Assembly (NCBI GenBank): GCA_036172245.1
Contig: JAYWIR010000007.1
Location: 2,108,001-2,172,000 of the forward strand
Reading direction: 5' to 3'
DNA length: 64,000 bases
Source: Raillietiella orientalis
Taxonomy: Eukaryota
Shown here: piece after piece, positions 51,301-60,300 of the stretch
How positions within the stretch are numbered: position 1 is the stretch's first letter
How the letters are laid out: every line of letters begins with the position of its first letter
Notes under the pieces: model-generated
The model's database searches: none
What the model saw: only the letters and a program-made list of their open reading frames with translations
What the model was told of the DNA's origin: nothing
Position numbers and translations under genes: made by a program

Positions 51301-54300
51301 AGGGATGGGGGGGGGGAGGGGTAAGAGAGACTTCGGGTTGCCCGGGAGGATACATGTGTCCCTGACGGGTCACTTTGCTCCCTCGCCCTTTTTCTCTCCC
51401 CCGCCGGAAATCACCACGGCAACCGATGGCGCACGTTCCGGCGGACGCCCGGCGGCGGCACGCGAGCAAGCACAAAGCAGCGCCCTGGAGTGCGGGTGGC
51501 CGAATTCCCTTCGGTAGTGCGGGAAGGGAAAGGGGAGGAAGAAAAACGGAAGAGTGAGATGCGGCGCCGATCGCCTCTCCCCGGGAGTCCCCCCCCCCCT
51601 TTCCCCTCCTCCTCTTCCTCCTCCTTCATACGCACCTCCCGCCGCCGAGTTCCCGCCACACATCGCCGGCGGGATTCCCGCCGAGATGAGGGGGCGGCAG
51701 GGGCGCGCACGGATCGGGGGAGGGGAGAAGAGCTCGCTCGCCCCTGATCCCTCCTCCCCCTCCCATCCCCGTCTCCCGCACGTCCTGTCTCCCCTCCGAG
51801 AGGGCGGAAAGGGGGACGTTGCTCCCTGTCGCGAAGGTCGCTGCCACCAGGGAGAGAGATCGGGGAAGGGACGAGAGGCCGTTGCCGGGGGTGGGGTGGG
51901 GGAGGAGAAGGAGGCTCAAGCAAACAGCCAAGCAGCCGGGAGCGTCCACGAAAAATGGGACGCAGACAGAGACATTTCTAGGACCTCAGGGCAACCGGGA
52001 AAGCGCTTTCCCCGAAGGGGGCGCGAGCAGCCCCAGGGGCAGCGAAGGAGGCCAGGCGAAGGCGAGGGAGGGCGGAGGAGCTCTTCGGGAGGTGGCCCTG
52101 AAGGGATCCGCTGGGAAGGAGGTTCAGGGCTTTCCAAAGAGGCAGGAAAAGGGCACCAGGAAGGATACGTGTGGAAGGAATGTGGAGGGGGAAGGGTCCC
52201 GAGAAGGGGGACGGGCAGGAGAAAGGGTGCAAAGGGAGGATGAAGGGGAAGTCGTCGCCCGGCATCGCCTCCTGGTCGCCTTCCGCCTGGCGTTCGACAG
52301 GGAGCGGAGGAGCGAACGCTCCTGCGGGGTGTAGTAAAGGGAGGGAAGGGCATGGATTCGCTCCTCCAGGACCCCGAGCCACTGGAGCAGCGGCTCCGGG
52401 AGCCAGAGAAAAACAAGGGGCTGCGCCGAGGTGGGGTGAAGAGGAGGAGGAGAGGTCAGTCCCGAGAACTCCGAGAGCGAGATCAGCCTCCCATGGAGGG
52501 TCTTCGCCTCCCATGGAGGGTCCGGACACCCCCCATCCACTCAGCCCGCCTGCGAAGGGAATTCGGCCATCCGCACGAGAGGAGGCGGAAAAAAAAAAAA
52601 AAAAAAAGAAGGAAGGAAAGGGACGCGTACCTGTGACCACCAGCTTGCCCGCGGTGGCGCTGAGACGGGTCTCCCCGGTCAGCTTGTGCACTGTCCGGCA
52701 CCGGAAGGACTTGTTTCCGTCTTCCAGGGTGACGTCACGTATGTAGAGTTCTCCGGAGGGGAGCACCAGGTACTTGCTGTCTGGAAAAAAAAAAAGAGAC
52801 GTCGATAGGTGTTGACGGACGGCCTCGGAGGAGGACGGGAGGGGGGGGGGAAGGGGGAGGAGAGGGGAAGGGGGAGGGGAGGGAGAAGGAAGCAACATAC
52901 GCACGCACGCACGCACGCACCCTGTCCCGCGCGCTTCTCTTCTCGCTTCTGCACAGACAAGCGTATTCGCATGCGGGCTGTCCCCGGGTCAACGTCCCCC
53001 CCCCCCACCCCCTTTCTTTTTTCCCCTGAGTCTAAAAAGGGGAGGCCACGGAGAAAGGGTGAAAAGGCGGTTGGTTACGGCGGAACGCACGGCCATCACG
53101 AGGAGCGCGAAGGCATCTGAATTGTTTCCGCCGGCCTTCGCCCGTTCTCTGTCGGTCCCCCCCTCCCCCCTCCTCCGGTCGGGAGGATGCGCGCACTCCT
53201 CCATTTGTTCCCCGTTTCCGCCTTCTTCCTTCTCTTCCTCCCGCGCTTCCCTTCCTCCTTGACGGCTGTTGAGCCACCTCCTTGGGGAAGGAGGGAAGGG
53301 GGTGGGTGAGGAAGGACGCGGACGAGCGAGCCCGCGGCGCAACCGCCCCGCGGCCTCGCCTCCGCCCCACGCGCGCAGAGCGCCCTCTTGTGGCCACTGC
53401 AGTCTGTCCACGCGCCGCCGCTATGCCCGGGAAGCAGAGGAGGAGGAGGAGGACGGAAGGGGAGCGAAAGAGACGCGGGGAAGGAGCTACGCACGGACGG
53501 AGTTCCTTCGGGGGCGTGATTTTTCGGTTTGCCCCGTGGCCGGTTCGTCCAGCCGCCACCTCCCTTCCGGGAAGAGGATCCCTGAAGGGAAATTTTCGAG
53601 AGACCCTCTGGAGGAAGGGGGGGGGGGGCGGGCGGGATTGCCGCCGCGCTTCCTCAGGACGACGAGGAAGGGGATCGGAGGGACCGCTCCTAGTGGAACG
53701 GAGAAGTCGGGCGAAGCCTTAAAAAAAAAAAAAAAAAAAAAAAAAGACCGCACGCACGCACGCACGCACAGCATTCATGCCGCCCACGCGAAGTGAGGGG
53801 GGGGGGGGAAGCGGGGCGATGGATGCCGGAAATCTCGGATTCCGAGGTCGCCTTGTCGGATTTCCGCCGCTTCAGGGTGAGTCCCTTCCGGCGCCTCTTC
53901 CAGGTCATCGCGCTCGGGCGCGAGGGCGTCCGGAGGAAGGCGGAGGAGCCCCAGGGCGCGCGGCCGCAAGGTCGGATGTGCGGGGAGGAAGGACCCCGCT
54001 TTCCTCCGGGAGGGAGCCGGCAGCGGCGAGGGGGAGGGGGAGGGGAGACGTCGGCGGCTCTTCCCCTCTCCCGCCATGGGGAAAGGCGCTCCTCACTGGC
54101 GCGCCTCCCCGACCCCTCTCCGCTTTCCCTTTGCTGTCGCGTGCGAGTGGTGCGCACACGACTGCCCTATGCGACGCGGGTGCGGGAGCTGGGCGACGGG
54201 CGGAGCCTCCTTGCCGCGCGTCGCGTCCTTCCTACGATCTGGAGCGGTCCACCCGCCGACACGCGTCTCCCCATCCGCCACCCGTGTACTGTGCATCTCT

Positions 54301-57300
54301 TCCCTTCCCCTCCCCCGGGGACCAACCGCTTCCCCCCTTTCCGCCGCGAGCGGTGCAGCGTGGTCAAGAAGCCAACCAGTCGGTATCTCCTCCTCCTTGG
54401 GTCCGCTCCATTACCGTAGCTAAGGTCCGCATAAATGACCTTTCGGTCGCCCTGCAGCCAAGAGGTGACCCCGGTGAAATCCGACACGAAGCTGGGCACG
54501 TGACACTTGAACACGGCTGCGTTGCCCAGCAGCACGAACTCGTCGAGCACGTTCGGCTGGTAAAACTGCGCAACCACTAGAAACCAAAACGACCATCATC
54601 AGCACAGCACCAGCGCCAGCGCGCGATACTGTCGCCGCAGGGAGGGCGCGGTGCCGCACCCTCCCCCCTTCTGCCGAAGTCGCTCCCGCGGAGAGCCGCC
54701 GGCTTAGAGCCTCCTCCTCCCGCCTCGTCCGACCTTTTCCTGTTTCCGAGGAGGGGAAAGTCGCCTCTCCCCTCCTTGGTACTTCCTGAAGATGCGGAGG
54801 GGTGGGGTGTGTGGGGTAGGGTGGGGATAGGGTGGGTAGGCGACACCGGAGGCGCGCCTCGTCCGAGCTCCCTAGCCTGCCCGTCCGACCTTCCCCCCTA
54901 CCGGTCGGAGAGCGATCTCTTCGCCGGACCGCGGCCGCCGCCGGCGGGGAAGACGACGAGGCTCCCCGTGCGCGCCAACTCACGAGCGGGCTGTGCGGGG
55001 TGCCACTGCGTGCTGCCGCCGTCATTCCTCCCCCTCCCCCCACCCCATGCGCCCTTTGGTGTCAGGAAGGGAAGGCAAGGGATGGAAGAGGGAGGGAGAG
55101 ATCGGGTCGCAACGGCGCAGGCACTCTGCCCTCCTCCCCCCCCTCAACATGAGGGTGTGCATTGGGAGAGGGGGAGGGGGGTCAGTACCGAAATCGGCCC
55201 TCCGGTAAAAGGCCTCTCCGTTGGGAGTCTCCCACGCCTGGACCGCGACGGCGTCTTGAGCAAAGGACGGCAAGATGCAGCGCAGCACGCCGACGTTCCC
55301 TCTGAGCACGAATTCGTCATTGACCCGCGTCTCGTACGATTGGTACACGACTGCAAGTACACAAGAGAGGTGGACTGGGGTGAGTTACCGTGGAAGGACG
55401 CGGGGTAGTAGGTCTCCTGGTCACCATCCACCCAGTCCGTCACGCCGACAAAATCGACTACGAAACTCGGGATCAAGCATTTCAGCAGGGCGGAATTGCC
55501 GGAGAGCACGACCTCGTCAATGACCCTGGTCAGGTAATGCTGGAATACCACTGGAAAGGGAGGAAACCACCAGGTTTGAGAGAGGTGCGGACTGAGCGCA
55601 CAAGACCGGCCTGCCCATCTCTTCTGCCTCGCGAGCGAAGATACAGAACTGAGAGGGGTGGGTAGAGCCTGGCGGGAGACGAGGGGCGAGGGGGGGGGGG
55701 ACCCAGGGGCGCGGCCGCACAGACGAAGCTGAGCAGAGAGAGAGAGGAGGGAAAAGGCAGAAGAAGGTGCAGGGGGCGCCTGGGTGCGTGCGTGGCGCGC
55801 GGGCCTCTCTGCCATCCCTCCTCAACACGACCAATCTTTTACCGTGGTCCTTGGAATCTGGATAATAGAAACCGCCGCTGGAATCTTCCCACGAGTGGAG
55901 GAGCACGAAATCCGCCACGAAGCTGGGAATCTCGCATCTCAGCAAAGCGGCGTTGCCAAGAATGACGAACTCGTTGTCGGCTTCGCTCACGAAATCCTGA
56001 TCGATGACTGGGGAGACACGGGTGGTCGTTTTTTGGGCTGCAGGTGTGAACGATTCGCGCGCGACCTTTCGCCAAAGGGCTTCTGGTGAAGGGGAGGGGG
56101 GCAGGAGAAAGAAGGGAGGGGATGGAGGGCGAGAGAGGACGACAGCATCCGCACAGCAGCAGCGGCGGCAACAACAACAGCGCCACCTTCTTCTCCCTCC
56201 CTCGCCACCGTCCGCTTCCCTCCCTACCTCTCTGCAAGGAGCGAGAGCGCCGCCGCACGACGCGCGCGAGCTGTTCCGCACCACCGCTACCGACAGCCAT
56301 CGCGCCAGAGTGCCGCCGCGCCGCCACATTACCGTGCGCGAGGCCACTGGAGGTGTGGTACGTGCCGCCTGAGCTCGACTGCCACGACTGAACGCGGACG
56401 AGGTCGCTCAGGTACGAAGGGATGCTGCACTTCAGCAAGGCAGCGTTGCCGGACATCACGTACTCCGTCAGCACCTCCGCCTCGTACAACTGGGCCGACA
56501 CTGGAAAGGTGGACGGTCACGTGGTCGGTTGCAAAAGAGGAAAGGGAGCTGAGGCGGCAAGGACAGCTGCTGCTGAAGACCAGAAAGCGCCTCTCCTTCC
56601 TCGCAACACCACGTGCCAACGGCCAAGAAGCAGGTGGGGAGGGGGAAGGGAAGGGGGACCACGTGGGTGGGGAGGCAGCCGAAGAAGGGGGGGGGGGGTG
56701 AGGAAGAGGAGGAGGGAGTTTCGGAAGCCGCGAGGACGGCTCCGTCGCCAGATTTACCGTGGAGGCTCGGGCTGGGATAGAAAGCGCCGTCGGCACTGTG
56801 CCAACTTGACAGTTGGACAAAATCCGCCACGAAACTGGGAACGCTACATTTCAGGACGGCGCTATTCCCCAGGATCACGTGCTCGTTAGCGACCTCCGCC
56901 TGGTAGGACTGGGACACGACTGAAAAGACGAGACAAAACGGGAGGAGAAGGCGGAAGCGGCGGGTGGAGCAGCAGTCCTTTCAGCTTGGTTTCCCTCTCC
57001 TCGTCGTTTTCTTCTTCCTGTCCTCTTCCCCCCCTCCCTCCCCCTCCCCCGAAAGGGACCTGGGCAAACGCGCGCGGAGAGAGCTGCGCGCGCCCGCCGG
57101 ATTCCCAAAGGAGATCGACGGGCAGAGGGAGGAGCAGGGGGGAGGGGAGAAGGAAGGAGGGGAGAGACGTCGACGGAGTGAAGGGATCACCTTGCGTCTC
57201 TCCCATAGTTACCGTAGCCGTTGCTCGCGAAGACCTGTCCTTCCTCGGTTTGCCAGCTGTGCACAGTCACGTGCTCGGCCACGAAGTTGGGGACCTGACA

Positions 57301-60300
57301 CTTTACGAGAACACTATTCCCTACAATGGCGTACTCTTTTAGAGGGTCTACGTCGTACTCCTGGAAGACAACTGCAAGAGGAAGGTGCGAGAGAGTGATC
57401 CAACGGTCCGTCGGGGGCAGGCTCGCGTGGGAGAAGGGTGGGGCGGGGGGCACAGTTTCCCAGCCGAGACGCTGAGCCTCGTGAGACCTCCGCGAAAGAG
57501 ACAGAGGAAGAGAGAAACGGAAGTGGACAGGCACGAAGGACGCGGGGAACCACGTAGCAGGGTGGCAGCGGAGGAGAAACGACGACGCCGGTGGTACTGC
57601 GGGCGAAGACGCGAACGAGGCACCACCACCATACCCCTCCCCGCCCCCCCCCCCATCAAAAAAGAAAAGAAAAGAAAAAAGCGCCTTTGGAAAGAGAGAA
57701 GGACACCGTCGTGAGATGTCCTTCAGAACATTCGCGCTGCTGCATTGCTGTTGTCGTCGCCGCTGCTGCCATCCCTGCTTCTCTCGTCTTCAGGAGAGAA
57801 ACGCGGGGGTCGTCCCAGAAACGACCGGGAAAGGAAAAGCGGGGAACAAGGTCTACTGCTGCATGGAGACCCTCCCTTCCCCCAAGCTGCACGAGAGCAG
57901 GAGGGCGAGAGGCAGCTCGTCGCTGAGGGCCACGCCCATCACGTGGGGACTGGAAGGAGAGTGTGCAGGCTGCGGTGAATGGCCGTCCTTCAGAGCAAGC
58001 AGCACTGCGGGCAGAGGCAGCCGCCGCCCCTCGCTTCCCTGGATAAGGAGGTGCGTGCGGACACGCAGCCACACCACCGGGAAGGAGCCCGCGTGGGAGC
58101 AGGTCCGCACGGCAGTGAAGAGAGCGGAAGTACTTCCGGTGACGGAGCTAGAAGACAAACGTAAGGGAAAGCTGCTGCTGCTGAAGAGCGACGAGGCGAT
58201 CCCCTCCTCGTCCACAAGGCCGGTAGAAAAGGGGCGAAGGCCGCACTCCCCTAGGGTGAGACCTCCCGCGCGCCTCCCCTGAGAATCCTGGGGGGGAGGG
58301 CGTGAGAAAAAGTGGACTGCCATGCGCCTTCCGCAGTCGGAAGTCGGGGACGAAGACAAGGAAGGGGTCGTCCGTGCGGGGCAGAGGAAGCGGCCGCGAC
58401 TCGACTGGAGAAGTCGCCTGCGGCCCGGAAACGAAGAAGAGAGAAGGGGAGGGGGGAGTGGACAGAAGGAAATCCACGCGCTCTTCCGCCTCGTCTTCCT
58501 GAGTCTCCACGTTTTCCGCGGAACTCCTGAAAAGAGGAGGGGCGAAAAGAAACCCGACTGGAAGTGCCGGGCGCACCTTCCAGGCCGGAATGGGCCGCAG
58601 GAAACTACTGGAAGAAAAAAACCCGAGTGCGCGGGCGCGCACGGGCGAATTCCTGAAGGTGAAGTCTCCAACGGTGGCGCCGCTGCTCCACGTTTCTGCT
58701 TCCGGAGCCACTTGGGGTTCTTTAGCTGTTGTCTCGGCGGCGGCAGGGGGGGGGGGGGGAGCGCAAGGAAGCGCGGCCTCACCTGCTCGAACGTGGGTGT
58801 CCCTGGAGTAGATGACGCCCACGGCGTTGGACGCCAGGCAGCGGTAGGTCTGCGCATGCACCTCCTGGCGGTAGTCCTCCGCTCGGAATGGGGGAAAGAT
58901 GAGGGTTCCGTTGGGAAGAACCTGGAATCCGTTTGACCTCGGTGAGCGAGCCGGTAGAGGAAGCTCCGGGTCGGGAAAGAGGACTGCGGCCGGCGTCGTC
59001 AGCAGTCGGTGCGCCGAGCGCGTTGCCGAAGCAACAGCGTTGCGCAAGCCGCCGGCGTCCCGTTGCTCCCATCCCGCTAGAGCGTGAGCGCCGGCCCTCT
59101 CGTGCCGGCCGAGCACCTGGAAGCTCCGAGGGCTTCCAGCGGGAAGAAAGGGGAAAAGGGAGGAGCAGGAGGGAAGGAGAAGACGAGGTCGAGCGACGGT
59201 TTCTCCTGGACGGGCAGATGCGTTCCCACGGATGCGTCCCGGGGGAGACGGCGCACCAGCCGTTGCGTGCTTCCCCTCCTCCTCGGGCGAGCGGTGCCCC
59301 GGCGGCGGGATCGGGGAGCGAAAGAAAAGGAGGAAAGCCAAGCGGCAGCATCCCAGGGATCCAGGAATCTCTCCTTACGCCCGCTCCTCCGCGCGTGGGA
59401 AAGCAAAGTGCGCGCGGGCGAGAGCGATGCGGGGGGCCGGGAGACACCACCACGAAGACGGCCGTCGCCGTCTCCGGGACGCGCAGGTGGCGATGGTTCT
59501 TCCCCTTCGCCATCCCCTCTCTTCCTCATCTCCTGGCCCTCAGTTCCCTCCGATCCTCAAAGGGACGAGCAGGGCGACGGGAAAATGGCTGGGAGGGAGA
59601 GGTCTTTCGATCCCCCCCCTCCCCTCCCAACGACACAAGTCCTCACCGTCCCCTTCCTAGGGTTAGAATAGGGTGGTAGGGCAATGCGACAGAGAGGAGG
59701 GAGGGGTCGTCCCACTTGGGAAAACAGTTCCCTCCTCCTCCCCCCTGCTTCGAGGAGCGCGTCTCCATGGCGACCACTTATGGTGAGAAGATTCGAGGGT
59801 TTCTTTGTGGAAACCACGGGCTTGTAAAACAGAGGGAAGAGGAGGGTGGGAGGAAGAAACAACGAAGTGATAGACAGAAGCGGTGCAAGGAGCCCCCCAC
59901 CAGGTGAGTGAACGGGCGCGAGGCACACGGGATGGTCGCCTCTGACGGCTGCAAGCGGGAGAAACCCTCCCGAATCCCTTGAAGGTAACAACCGGGTACC
60001 CCACCGACCCCGGCACTTCGGAAAATGCCCTCCTCCCCCCCGCTTCCTTCCAGAGTCACCACGGAAACGACCTCTCGGGAACAAGAGGTCGGCTTGGTTG
60101 ATGTCCGTTCCCTGTGGATCTTCCCGGACGGTCCTCCCCCTCCCCTCCCTGATGCCTTTGGCACCCTGGAGCTCGAAAAGAAGGGAGGGAGGGGGGGGGG
60201 GAAGGGGGAAGCAGGCAAGCGAAGTGCTGGTTCCCGCAGTCGGCTCCGAGGAATAGGTCGCAGGTGCTCCTCCCCTCCCCTCAGCCCGACCCTCGCCCTC

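Noticed and set aside
39839..57371. sDscam-like (chelicerate) 5' cassettes with alternative promoters, or CRISPR/transposon-type repeats
   Set aside because: The repeats are internal half-Ig exons flanked by splice sites between constitutive exons, i.e. mutually exclusive splicing arrays; no per-cassette start exons, identical direct repeats or transposase seen
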